A stretch of 64,000 nucleotides of DNA. Origin: a virus. Position numbers and translations under genes: made by a program. How positions within the stretch are numbered: the first letter of the stretch is position 1; each line of letters opens with the position of its first letter. This document shows, in pieces, positions 37,281-46,759 of this stretch. The notes beneath the pieces are model-generated. The model was not told where the DNA came from. It saw only the letters and a program-made list of their open reading frames with translations, and did not search any database. The DNA lies in IMG/VR virus record IMGVR_UViG_3300012953_000017, positions 1 through 64,000 of that record. One strand, 5' to 3'.

Positions 37281-38555
37281 TTAGTTTTGAAATTGTTGTT
37301 GAAAATCTGCTGTAGAATTTAAAGCTTGTCTTAAAAGATCTTCTTTCTTTTTTTGGTTAAAGCTGCTCCACTTGTCTAACCCTAATTTCACCATATCTTG
37401 ATCTAATTCTGCTAACTTGTGCAAAGAAGGGAATATTTTTGCAAGACGCTTAGAAAGAGCTAACTTTTCTTCTGTCGACATTCCTGTCTCGTTGGCAGCA
37501 GCAGAGAGCTTCCGAGAAATTGCGGATCTATCTCTAGCGGCTTTTCCAGTTACTTGATTTAAGACAGTTTGATGCATCTTTTCAGGAAGACCTATTGAAG
37601 AAAGCTCTGACTTGACTCTTTTTCCGGCGTCGCGGCCAAGTTGCTGGAAAGCTGGCAAAACAAAGCCACTCACAAAAAAGAATCTAAAAGAATCCAAATC
37701 TTTGACTATAGCTGGAGATTGCTGCAGCTCTACAGCATCCTCATCGTCAATTAACTCAGTAGAAATCATTAAATCAATATACTCATCCACAGCCCTGTCT
37801 TGTAACATTTGAATTTCCTTTGGATCAGTCTTTGAAACAAAATATTCCATTCTACTAGTTATTCTGTCTATATACTGCCTTACTCCGGGGACACCGCTAA
37901 AACCAAACTGTGATGCTAGCTCTTCAAATGTCATTCCTTCTTGAGTACTGGGAAGAGAAACAGCAGCATTGGCGGCTTCTTCAAATTCACCGTCATCGGC
38001 AGGCATCTCAGAACCGTACCTGTAAGAAGCTAGCTCTTCTGGGCTTTCTTCGAATTCTGGTTGCTCTAATATAGTTCTTATATTTTTTCGAATTGTGGAC
38101 TCGTTTTTTTCTTCTGACTTCTCAGCCTCGACCGGTGCAGAATCTTCTTCTTCGGTTTTAGAAATATTATTAGAAGATAAATTTGGATTATTTTCTTTAT
38201 CTGTTGATTTGTCTAGAAGACGATGAAGATTTTTATAGAAAAAATCAACTTGGCCGCCCGGCACTAATTGCGCTATAGCTCTAGCAGCACGAGAAAGCTC
38301 TTCGGGATTCGAAGGCGCATATTCATCGTCTTCAATCGGAGGGCGCTCATCAACAAGCTGGTTCGACATCATTTCTGTCGGTGTCAAAGGCACCTCAGCT
38401 TGAACCGTTATGTCTTCTTCCGGAACCTTGTCTCCGTCCCAAGAAGGTCCTGGCTGATCGTAAATCCCATAATTTGTATTGGCGAGAGAAGAAGATCCTA
38501 TCTCAAACAAGTAATTTCTAATTACTTCTCTTACAGCTTCTTTTTTTATGCGCAT
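37281..38555 (-). CDS. acidic hypothetical protein with VREVIRNYLFE and IRKNIRTILE tags
   Basis: Recurrent motif; ATATTTA at 38601-38607. Confidence 0.75.
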   Translation of the reverse strand: MRIKKEAVREVIRNYLFEIGSSSLANTNYGIYDQPGPSWDGDKVPEEDITVQAEVPLTPTEMMSNQLVDERPPIEDDEYAPSNPEELSRAARAIAQLVPGGQVDFFYKNLHRLLDKSTDKENNPNLSSNNISKTEEEDSAPVEAEKSEEKNESTIRKNIRTILEQPEFEESPEELASYRYGSEMPADDGEFEEAANAAVSLPSTQEGMTFEELASQFGFSGVPGVRQYIDRITSRMEYFVSKTDPKEIQMLQDRAVDEYIDLMISTELIDDEDAVELQQSPAIVKDLDSFRFFFVSGFVLPAFQQLGRDAGKRVKSELSSIGLPEKMHQTVLNQVTGKAARDRSAISRKLSAAANETGMSTEEKLALSKRLAKIFPSLHKLAELDQDMVKLGLDKWSSFNQKKKEDLLRQALNSTADFQQQFQN

Positions 38556-38636
38556 GTTTAATAATCTCCTACTATATCCTTTTTGCTGGACTGCACTTCA
38601 TAAATATGCGGTCGTTGAGCAATGAAACCTCGGAGT

Positions 38637-39131
38637 TTATCTGTTAGTTTGTCCTAGAGCATATCCGGCGCCAATTGTAATTAATATACCGCCTACGACG
38701 CCCATGGCAAACCAAAACTCTCCGGACTCATACCACACCACAGGTTTAATTTGTTCTCCTAGAAAATCAATTTGTTCATCTTTTACTTTCATTAAACTTG
38801 TGTGTTTAGTCTGAAGAGAATCATAGCTTCCTTGCAGTATGTCGAGCTTAAGCTGCATATCTGCACGCAAAAGCCCTAGTCTCCTATCAATCTCCAGGTT
38901 GCAAGTCTCCTGAGTGAACTTTAAATCAACCATTAGCTTTGCAGCAGCCTTTGTACTAAAAAGTGTGCCGGCAAAAGGTGCGGGCTCACCTAGACGAAGT
39001 GTGGTTATTCTTTCTCGATCTTCGCTAGGAGGTGATGGGGTATCTGCATAGGCAACAGGCATTGAGAAAACTAGAGACTGCAGCAGAAAGCATAAAACGG
39101 TTACAGGTGTAGTGAGCTTGATCCAATTCAT
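38637..39131 (-). CDS. exported coiled-coil protein with C-terminal TM segment (spanin-like candidate)
   Basis: Signal peptide, GEPAPFAGTL, coiled coil, WYE...FWFAMGVVGG anchor. Confidence 0.5.
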   Translation of the reverse strand: MNWIKLTTPVTVLCFLLQSLVFSMPVAYADTPSPPSEDRERITTLRLGEPAPFAGTLFSTKAAAKLMVDLKFTQETCNLEIDRRLGLLRADMQLKLDILQGSYDSLQTKHTSLMKVKDEQIDFLGEQIKPVVWYESGEFWFAMGVVGGILITIGAGYALGQTNR

Positions 39132-39154
39132 ACTTCAATTATAAGAAATATAGG

Positions 39155-40741
39155 TTAGTCGTTAAGGATACCAGCAAGTTTTTGCCATCGCTCTAGTATT
39201 AGATCATCTTCAGGCTTTTTAGATCTTGCTGACTCTTTCTTGACTGTGATTCTTTCTGTTGGAGAGCGTCCTGTGACTGTTGCGTCATCACCCTTAAAAT
39301 CATCACCGAAGAGTTCTGTCGACCACGGTAGTTTTCCATGCTTATCACCACCTCGAATTCGAGGTGGGCTGATTGTTTCTAGATACTCTTCCAAATCGCT
39401 TACAGATGAACTGAATCCCATGTCATTTAAAGCTTGGACAACCTTTTCCTTTTGCTCGTCATTCATCTGAGCGGCTGTAGGAAGACCCTCATCGTCGCTT
39501 ACATCCTCAACTCCGGCGGCTTTTGCTGCTTGCTTTTCCATTCCAGCGAGTGATTTAGCTGCAGTGCCTCCGTCACAGCCTTCTATGTCGAGAGAGCCTT
39601 TTCCAGGTCCGAGAGGATTGCAAATTTTATCTCCAAATTCTTTAGCATCTTCAGGAGTAAATGGATTGGGAGGATAGTAAACGTGAATTTGATCATATCC
39701 GGCGGATTCCATGGCCTCAAGTGCGGCACCTTTCTTTACAATCTTGCCGCCTTCTATCTCAGGTCCAGCGGCAAAGATTCTGTCAACTTCCTTCGAAGAA
39801 ACTCGGCGGCCGCCGGTGGCTGCTCTATGAAGATTTGCAATCTCTGTTCTTTCTTGAGGCTGATGGATATACACACCAATAATTGTAACAGAAGGAAAGT
39901 CTGGGTCTTCTCTTAGTTTGCCTAGTGCTTCAATTCTGCCGGTGTCTGCTGTTGACTCACCAGCTTGATCCATGAGATATACACTTGCAAATGTTGTATC
40001 GCCTACCTCTTTAGCACCCAACCCTTGAATTTCAGACTTGACATCATCCATGTATTTTCCAGCTGCCAATGCTCTCGTTCCTAGTGTCCTTCCTTCATCA
40101 TCAGTAGCACCTAAAACCATATTTAAATCATCAGGGGCACCATTGATCTGCTTTGAAAATCCTCGAGCCTGTGTGAAATAAGCATTCGTATTAGGAAAGT
40201 TTTTGAACTCTTCTGCAGCTGCTTCAACATCATCTTCGTTGTCAGCTAATATCTTTTCAAAAGAGGACTTAGAGAGAATATCTTCCAAGTCAAAATTCTT
40301 TCCAGTTTCGTTAATGTGGTAGTAGTCACCAATAACTTGATCAAACTCTTCACCGCCCTTAACTCGTCCGGTGATCTCCTTAAAAACTAGAGGAGGGAGA
40401 GTATCAGTCATGTACTTTACCATAACTGCATCTTCTTCCTGGAAGAAAGAGCTAGCTTCTTCTTTACCCATCGAATCAAGCCAGTCTTCATAATTTTTGT
40501 CAGCTCCGACTCCGGCAAACTCACCTACAGCACTTTTTGCGGCGCCTTTACCTGCTGCTGGTGGACCGTAAAGAGCTACAATTGTTACGGGCTTAGCATC
40601 TACTTGCTGTGCTATCTTTTCAACTTCTGACTCAAAAAGAATGCTTGCGAGGCTTGGCATTTTTTTAGAGACTGGTTGGTTGTGTCGACTAGCCTCTTTG
40701 ATAATAATTCTTCTTAGCTGTAATTCAGTTAGTCTCTTCAT
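39155..40741 (-). CDS. P-loop NTPase/kinase (zeta-toxin-like Walker A) with N- and C-terminal tags
   Basis: ALYGPPAAGKG, lid-like NLHRAATGGR; LRRIIIKE and ERWQKLAGIL. Confidence 0.6.
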   Translation of the reverse strand: MKRLTELQLRRIIIKEASRHNQPVSKKMPSLASILFESEVEKIAQQVDAKPVTIVALYGPPAAGKGAAKSAVGEFAGVGADKNYEDWLDSMGKEEASSFFQEEDAVMVKYMTDTLPPLVFKEITGRVKGGEEFDQVIGDYYHINETGKNFDLEDILSKSSFEKILADNEDDVEAAAEEFKNFPNTNAYFTQARGFSKQINGAPDDLNMVLGATDDEGRTLGTRALAAGKYMDDVKSEIQGLGAKEVGDTTFASVYLMDQAGESTADTGRIEALGKLREDPDFPSVTIIGVYIHQPQERTEIANLHRAATGGRRVSSKEVDRIFAAGPEIEGGKIVKKGAALEAMESAGYDQIHVYYPPNPFTPEDAKEFGDKICNPLGPGKGSLDIEGCDGGTAAKSLAGMEKQAAKAAGVEDVSDDEGLPTAAQMNDEQKEKVVQALNDMGFSSSVSDLEEYLETISPPRIRGGDKHGKLPWSTELFGDDFKGDDATVTGRSPTERITVKKESARSKKPEDDLILERWQKLAGILND

Positions 40742-40791
40742 GGATAAAATGCTCCTGACTTTAACATGATTAAATATTTGAAAAAAAAAGT

Positions 40792-41196
40792 TTATTCCTC
40801 TTTCAGATCAAACCCAGTAATTTCAGCTAAACGGCGCGTAATTTCTTCAGGGTCATCTACATTTTTTTTAAGGACTTTCTCGACTTCTTTTCTTTTTTTA
40901 GTTGACAACTCTTTGTTTGCGTCTTTATATTTTTTCTCGACTTCAGAGAGAGTTTTCTCATAAGATCGGAGAGCTTCATCTCTCTTTTGTATTTCTTCTT
41001 GATGAGCCGCTTCTATTGCGTCAACTTCCTTTTTGTGTGCTTCCTTAGTTTTTTCTAGGACTTCATTTAACTTTCCAGAGTCTCTAGATAAAACCCATAT
41101 CACTAGTGGAATGGCCATTCCTACCAAAAGCTGCCAGTACTTCTTGCACCATGCCCATGCTTTTTTAACAAAAGCTTTAAATACCAACCATTTCAT
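40792..41196 (-). CDS. N-terminal TM plus coiled-coil protein (i-spanin-like candidate)
   Basis: MKWLVF...WQLLVGMAIPLVIWVL then a long coiled coil; follows the holin-like gene. Confidence 0.5.
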   Translation of the reverse strand: MKWLVFKAFVKKAWAWCKKYWQLLVGMAIPLVIWVLSRDSGKLNEVLEKTKEAHKKEVDAIEAAHQEEIQKRDEALRSYEKTLSEVEKKYKDANKELSTKKRKEVEKVLKKNVDDPEEITRRLAEITGFDLKEE

Positions 41197-41197
41197 G

Positions 41198-41398
41198 CTA
41201 TTTGCTAGGTCCATGTTTCCAAAGTACAGCTGCATCTACTAGAGCCTGTGTCCCTATGTAAGCTAAAGTCACAGCTACCCAGTCATTGCTTGTCACACTA
41301 CCGGACAAACATAGGTAAGTAGCTGTCCCCCAAGCGAGAAACTTTCGACTGATAAATCTCTCAATGTGCTTATCAAAAAATGCTTTAACTTGTGCCAT
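41198..41398 (-). CDS. holin-like two-TM protein
   Basis: ISRKFLAW...W.AV..AYIG.QALVD pattern seen in phage holins. Confidence 0.6.
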   Translation of the reverse strand: MAQVKAFFDKHIERFISRKFLAWGTATYLCLSGSVTSNDWVAVTLAYIGTQALVDAAVLWKHGPSK

Positions 41399-41406
41399 GA
41401 TTTCTC

Positions 41407-41715
41407 CTAATTTAGATAGCCCTTGTCATCGTCGTCTTTTTTAAATGAAAATATGTCATCTTCCATGGAAGATTGCTTTGTAGCAGTCTTAAGTGCAGTA
41501 TAAATAGCACTCACATCATTTCCTATTTGATACTGAGCTGCTGTCACTATACAAACTGTATCATGGAGCTGATTAACAACTGCCTCTAAGTCCTTCACTT
41601 TGTCTTTTAGAGTAGTCACTTCTTCTCTAAGCGCCTTCTTTTCTGCGTCGTCTTTTTTAAATAAACTTATCATTTTCTTGGTCACCCTTAATATTAAACT
41701 AATCAATAGTTCCAT
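41407..41715 (-). CDS. hypothetical coiled-coil protein
   Basis: ORF in series. Confidence 0.6.
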   Translation of the reverse strand: MELLISLILRVTKKMISLFKKDDAEKKALREEVTTLKDKVKDLEAVVNQLHDTVCIVTAAQYQIGNDVSAIYTALKTATKQSSMEDDIFSFKKDDDDKGYLN

Positions 41716-42007
41716 CTTTGTCGCTTAAAGTAAACGGATTGTCGTCTTCAATTGCACGAAATATTGATTCTGCGTCAGAAGAACGAAGTTTTCTTATCTG
41801 TTTGTTCTTTTTATCTTCTTCAATTCTATCTAAAATACCACAAAGATAGGGGTCTTTTTCAATTATTAAAACAGCAAGATTTTCAAAAACTTCTTGCATA
41901 GAAAGGTGCCTCTGAAATAGCTCTGTCCTAAATTCAGAGTGTGTTCCTCGAGTCAAATTTATATGGACTGACTTTTTTGTTTGAAAATCTGAGTAGCTTT
42001 TGGACAT
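41699..42007 (-). CDS. putative ribbon-helix-helix DNA-binding protein
   Basis: KKSVHINL....HSEFR......LSMQEVFE; start set at MSKSYS. Confidence 0.5.
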   Translation of the reverse strand: MSKSYSDFQTKKSVHINLTRGTHSEFRTELFQRHLSMQEVFENLAVLIIEKDPYLCGILDRIEEDKKNKQIRKLRSSDAESIFRAIEDDNPFTLSDKDGTID

Positions 42008-42035
42008 TCTGTTCCTGTATCGACAGTAATAGTAT

Positions 42036-42755
42036 TTAAGCAGCCGGGGGCTGAGCACCGACAGCACGAGGTGGCCATGGGGTTTCCGGCTTACCTTCAT
42101 CTCCAAACGGCTCAGGGTGTTCTGGGCCTTTAAAGTCAATGCCGTGTTCGTTTGACATTATTTCTTCAAAGTCTTGCACATCGACATCTGTGTATTTAGA
42201 CATCAAGAAAACTTTCGCCTTATTGTAGATTAGCTGCTCCATGTCCAAAAGATCTGTATAATTGTTTATCAGTCTGGCAGTGTCGTTAGCAAACTGATGT
42301 ACGTCAATTTTAGGTGATTCACCTTCGCCTTCAAAAAGGTACCTTTTTAGTCTGTCGCCATAAGACTCCTGCGCCAAAGCTGAGTTTGCTTCGTCTTCAA
42401 CAGCAACACTGTGCAGTGCATTAGCCTCGAAGTCCATAAAAAGAGAATTTATTTCATCATCAACGGCTTTTGATAATTCGGTGCGCTCGGCAGGAGGCAA
42501 TTCTGATAAGTCTGGTTCAGGTATCGCTTTTGCCTCTTCTTCTTCTTCTTCAGGGGCGTCGCCTCCCTCCTCCGCGTCATCACCCTCTTCGGCTTCGGTG
42601 TCTTCAGCAGCTTCAGTGTCTTCACCCCCTTCATCAGCTGCCTCTTCTTCCTCATCGCCGCCGAATATGTCAGCCCCTTCGTCTTCGCCCTCCAGAAAAA
42701 GATTTATTTCTTCTAAAATAAGTCTGTTTAATTTTTCTCTTGTTAGCTTATTCAT
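42036..42755 (-). CDS. very acidic hypothetical protein with KLNRLILEE..LFLE tag
   Basis: Recurrent motif; Glu/Asp tract. Confidence 0.7.
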   Translation of the reverse strand: MNKLTREKLNRLILEEINLFLEGEDEGADIFGGDEEEEAADEGGEDTEAAEDTEAEEGDDAEEGGDAPEEEEEEAKAIPEPDLSELPPAERTELSKAVDDEINSLFMDFEANALHSVAVEDEANSALAQESYGDRLKRYLFEGEGESPKIDVHQFANDTARLINNYTDLLDMEQLIYNKAKVFLMSKYTDVDVQDFEEIMSNEHGIDFKGPEHPEPFGDEGKPETPWPPRAVGAQPPAA

Positions 42756-42758
42756 TGT

Positions 42759-43454
42759 CTAGTCTCTCTTCATGACTTTAGCGATCTTCTCAGTCTTCTT
42801 AATTCTTTCTTCAACTCTATCCCAGTTTATTTCTTTCATCATGGCAACAATGTAAGTCTTTCGATCTTCTAGGTAGTCTCTATAGTAAGCGCCCTCAGAC
42901 ACGTCTAGAACAATTATAGGAAAAGTCCCAATTGGAACATTAAGTGATTCAATGTCAACGACAAAATTCATATATCTACCTAACATGACATTATATGCAG
43001 TAACTGCATATCCACTTCTAGAGCTCATTCCACAAGCAATAAAGTCTTTTTGCCAATCATCAAAAGTTCCAAAGTCTCTCTCTAGGCGAAGAAAAGACAT
43101 CGTATCCATTGTAATTTGACTCTTTAAATCGCTAATATTTTCAAAATGGTATGCTCTGAAGAAGGCTGCATTTAAGAGGTGTGTTTCGTCAACTTTTAGC
43201 TGACGAAACTCTGACGAATATTTGTCAGCATCGTCTCTAGACGCTGTGTCAAGCTTTGCACTTATCTCATTTAAACCACTTACATGTTTCTCTAAATCTT
43301 CTTGACGTGCGCTTTTGTTTTTCGGGCTTAAAAACTCTGTATTTAGCTTGTACTTCTTTGCTTGTGTCACATATGACTCATTTACGGCTTTGTCAGGTAA
43401 GCCTAAAGATTCTCGAATGCTTTGAATTATATCATTTTCTTTGACTGTAGACAT
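42759..43454 (-). CDS. Fe/Mn superoxide dismutase-fold protein lacking metal ligands
   Basis: ERDFGTFDDWQKDF, PIIVLDVSEGAYYRDY...Y......INWD.VEER. Confidence 0.75.
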   Translation of the reverse strand: MSTVKENDIIQSIRESLGLPDKAVNESYVTQAKKYKLNTEFLSPKNKSARQEDLEKHVSGLNEISAKLDTASRDDADKYSSEFRQLKVDETHLLNAAFFRAYHFENISDLKSQITMDTMSFLRLERDFGTFDDWQKDFIACGMSSRSGYAVTAYNVMLGRYMNFVVDIESLNVPIGTFPIIVLDVSEGAYYRDYLEDRKTYIVAMMKEINWDRVEERIKKTEKIAKVMKRD

Positions 43455-43879
43455 TATTTTACCTCATATTCTTTTTCAAATTCTTCTTGATCAATTACAA
43501 AAACGTCTTCGTCTTCATCTTCTGGAATTGTCTGCAATGGATCTGTAGGAGATGCTGGTGGTGGGTCTATCTCTTGGAGTACATTCTTCTTGCCACCAGA
43601 TATTACTTCTTCATCGCCTTTTTTGTCATCCGTCTTAAATCTCGGTTGATCCGGAGCTTTTAGTTTTACTATTACATCACCTGATTGGTCTTTTAACACA
43701 TCGTCAACTGTATATTCATATTGTGTATCCTTGTGCCGAACTTTTAAGCCCTTTCTAATTAACATATTGCCTCGATCGTCGAACATATCAGTTTCACTCA
43801 TAACTTCAAGTAAGCGTGACTTATATTCTTTTCGCATCATCTCTATAAGCATATTTTCTGTAAGTTTTTTAGTCATCAA
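43454..43879 (-). CDS. hypothetical protein
   Basis: GLKVRHK...YEY.V (SH3-like) and a FEKEYEV end. Confidence 0.65.
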   Translation of the reverse strand: MMTKKLTENMLIEMMRKEYKSRLLEVMSETDMFDDRGNMLIRKGLKVRHKDTQYEYTVDDVLKDQSGDVIVKLKAPDQPRFKTDDKKGDEEVISGGKKNVLQEIDPPPASPTDPLQTIPEDEDEDVFVIDQEEFEKEYEVK

Positions 43880-45449
43880 TGTTTTCCTCTAGTCCCGCTA
43901 TTCTCATCCACCGAGACTGAACTAACTCATCTTCTGTGTACTCGTATGATTCGTCAAAAGTTTCCGATTGGTCTGTGCTAGAACCTAATAAGTCATTTGC
44001 AGCAGGTAAAAATGCTTCTGTTAGCAGAGGCTGTCTGCTAAACTTCTTATTCAAAAACCGATAGACGGACTTTTTTACCATAGATTTAGTTAGTGTAACT
44101 CCAGCCTCATTAGTTTTTTTGAGTAGTTCTGCAGCTAGCTGAGGTATTAGGTCTTCTAGTGAATCAAAGTTCTTTTTTGCAAACCTTCTTGACTTTAACA
44201 AAGTTTCTTCATTTTCTCCTCTCCACTGTGATACTGCGTCACCCACTGAGCTAGACAAGGTATCAGATGCAGAGTCGACCGCAGTCTTTATACTTGTTTT
44301 GAGGCTTCCAATTCTATCATTTGAATCCATGGACTTTTTGCTGGAGTCAGAAAGACTATCATACCATCCGTCGATTGCTGACATTATCGCATCAGCAGGT
44401 GAGCCACCTTCCCCGGCAGCGGCTTGAACAGCACCTTCAAGTCCTGACTGAGCTGCATCGGCTTCTTCGGCGCCTTCTTCTTCACTAGCAGGGGAGGGTT
44501 CGCCGGCTTCTGTTTCTCCGCCGCCGCCGCCTTCTCCTGCTTGGGCTGCTGAGGCGCCTGCTTGCACAGCGGCCGAGTCGCCGGCGCTATCGGTGACAGC
44601 ACCCGTCATATCTTGTTCAAGACCTTCGACAGCCTTTGTGACAGCTCCTAGCTCTTCTAGAGTGCATTTCACAATCTCGTCGGCAAAAGTTGCTGGATCT
44701 ATGCCTTCAACGGCGCCGCCGCCGCCAAATAGGCCTTTAAAGAAAGCACCTACTTTGGACATGAAGTCGCCTGCTTCAGCTTTGGCAGAATCCATGCCTC
44801 CCTGAAAAGCTGTTTGGTACCACTTGGGTACTGTGACTGCTTTTGACGCTCCGCTCTTAAGTTTTGCTACTTCAGGAAATTTAATTTCTTTGCCGTCTGA
44901 TGACTTAAGATTGCCCTTTTTAGCTTCTTCTCCTAACTCTTCTAAAGTCTTTCCTGATTTCATTTCTTCAGGAACATCGGCGACTGCATCTTGAAGATTT
45001 GATGAAAATACCTTAATAGCCTCTATAATTGAAGCCGCTGCTGAGCCGGCATTTGAGATACCTTTGTTAATTTCTTCAGTAGCAGCTGCGAGAGCTTTAG
45101 GATCCGGATCAACTACCATGCCTGCTAAAGTGCCTGGGTCTGGAATTTCTCCACCTAAAGCTTGAACAGCTGATTTTGTTCCGTTCATTTTTCCGCCGGC
45201 GGCATCCAGCGCGCTTGATAAGTCAGAAATAACACTTTTAAGCTTTTCTACAGAAGCTTTTAGCTCATCAACATCGCTGTCTGAAAGAGATGCCTCTTCC
45301 TGCTCGTTTAGCAAGAAAGAAGACATACTCATGTCTGTAAGGCTTTTTTCCATTAGTCCGTGTGATCTATACTCAGATCTGAGAACCTTTGCGTGGACTT
45401 CAGTCATAATTTTTGCCATGACCGCAATGGAATTATTTGTTTTGTTCAT
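43869..45449 (-). CDS. Ala/Gly/Glu-rich hypothetical protein, possibly a virion protein
   Basis: 526 aa; ends RWMRIAGLEE. Confidence 0.7.
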   Translation of the reverse strand: MNKTNNSIAVMAKIMTEVHAKVLRSEYRSHGLMEKSLTDMSMSSFLLNEQEEASLSDSDVDELKASVEKLKSVISDLSSALDAAGGKMNGTKSAVQALGGEIPDPGTLAGMVVDPDPKALAAATEEINKGISNAGSAAASIIEAIKVFSSNLQDAVADVPEEMKSGKTLEELGEEAKKGNLKSSDGKEIKFPEVAKLKSGASKAVTVPKWYQTAFQGGMDSAKAEAGDFMSKVGAFFKGLFGGGGAVEGIDPATFADEIVKCTLEELGAVTKAVEGLEQDMTGAVTDSAGDSAAVQAGASAAQAGEGGGGGETEAGEPSPASEEEGAEEADAAQSGLEGAVQAAAGEGGSPADAIMSAIDGWYDSLSDSSKKSMDSNDRIGSLKTSIKTAVDSASDTLSSSVGDAVSQWRGENEETLLKSRRFAKKNFDSLEDLIPQLAAELLKKTNEAGVTLTKSMVKKSVYRFLNKKFSRQPLLTEAFLPAANDLLGSSTDQSETFDESYEYTEDELVQSRWMRIAGLEENIDD

Positions 45450-45496
45450 TAATCACACTCCAAGAGACTTTCAGGCTTACAGGTATACATATCTCG

Positions 45497-45919
45497 CTAC
45501 GACGTAAATTGGCAAACCTCTATACCACTCTCTTGAAGTATATCTAAGCCTGATGTGTCTCGATATTCGTCATAATACACGACTTTGCTTATTCCTGCAT
45601 TAACAATAGCTTTTGCACACATCTTGCACGGAGACAGTGTTACATAAAGAATCTTCTTTTTTGGGTTGTTGTAGTCAGTCTTAAGCAAAGCATTGATTTC
45701 TGCATGGAGCATCCCAGACTCACCGGGAACTGTGGATTCAACTTCATTAGGTCCGCCGGTGTGATTTCCGTTGTAACCTACTGCTAATACTTGTGTATTA
45801 TCTTCAGTCACAATGACAGCACCTACTTGATGCCTTGGATCATATGATCTTTTAGATATAAGGCATGCCATTTCCATCCACACTTCGTTCCATGTAGGTC
45901 TACTAACAGCTATACTCAT
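45497..45919 (-). CDS. dCMP deaminase
   Basis: VGAVIV, GYNG, HAEINAL, TLSPCKMCAK. Confidence 0.92.
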   Translation of the reverse strand: MSIAVSRPTWNEVWMEMACLISKRSYDPRHQVGAVIVTEDNTQVLAVGYNGNHTGGPNEVESTVPGESGMLHAEINALLKTDYNNPKKKILYVTLSPCKMCAKAIVNAGISKVVYYDEYRDTSGLDILQESGIEVCQFTS

Positions 45920-46755
45920 TTGTCAAATATATCCTCTATGTGGGTGGGTGAACAAAGTGTGAACCCGGCTGCCTTTTTGTGGCCGCCGCCGCCGAATTCT
46001 TTAGCAATTTCTGAGACATCAACATTATCATGAAAAGATCTCAGACTTACCTTAGTCTTTAACGATTCATGACAGTAATACCAAATCATCGCAAAGTCGC
46101 AATTAGGAGATAGACTGGATCCAATTTCAGACATCCAATGTGAAGAATTAACAACGAGCACATGCTTTTTCTTGAAACTTCTCGACTTAGCCTTTTGAGA
46201 TACTTTCTTAATGACCGTCTTTGAGTAGGCTAGTATATAAGAGCCGCGTTTAACAGCGTCATCAAAGACAGAGTCGTCTTCAAATTTCTCAAACTCTTCA
46301 AACTTAAACGGCACCATATCAAATGCTGCGCTAAACTCTTTTGAGTAAGGCAATTCCCACTTCCACAAGTCTCTGTCTTCAATGTAGTCTATAAACTTAG
46401 GAGGCTCTTTTCCGGGATGAAAAAAGTCCCACGCCAAACGTGCACCCGAATGGTTCATGTCAAAGTGTGTATTAGAGATGTCATGCAGCTCCACCATCGC
46501 TGATTTATGATGATCTATGATGATCAAGGCCTCAGCATCTTTAATCATTTTTTTAGTTGTTGAGTTGTCAAAGGAAAAGTCTAAAATTGCAACAACCTTT
46601 CCAGTAACGTCCGGCGGTGGAGTGCCATGCGCGCGTGCATAATATTGTGCCTTGTTGCCTAAGCACTTCCACGCCGCATAAGCAGCTCCAAAACCATCAG
46701 TACAGCTTGCGTGATAAATGACAGTGTCAACACTATTCGGATCAATTACATTCAT
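45916..46755 (-). CDS. DHH/DHHA1 phosphoesterase
   Basis: YHASCTDG, LDF, IDHH, EDRDLW, SLRS, GGGGHKKAAGF. Confidence 0.9.
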   Translation of the reverse strand: MNVIDPNSVDTVIYHASCTDGFGAAYAAWKCLGNKAQYYARAHGTPPPDVTGKVVAILDFSFDNSTTKKMIKDAEALIIIDHHKSAMVELHDISNTHFDMNHSGARLAWDFFHPGKEPPKFIDYIEDRDLWKWELPYSKEFSAAFDMVPFKFEEFEKFEDDSVFDDAVKRGSYILAYSKTVIKKVSQKAKSRSFKKKHVLVVNSSHWMSEIGSSLSPNCDFAMIWYYCHESLKTKVSLRSFHDNVDVSEIAKEFGGGGHKKAAGFTLCSPTHIEDIFDK

Positions 46756-46759
46756 AGCA

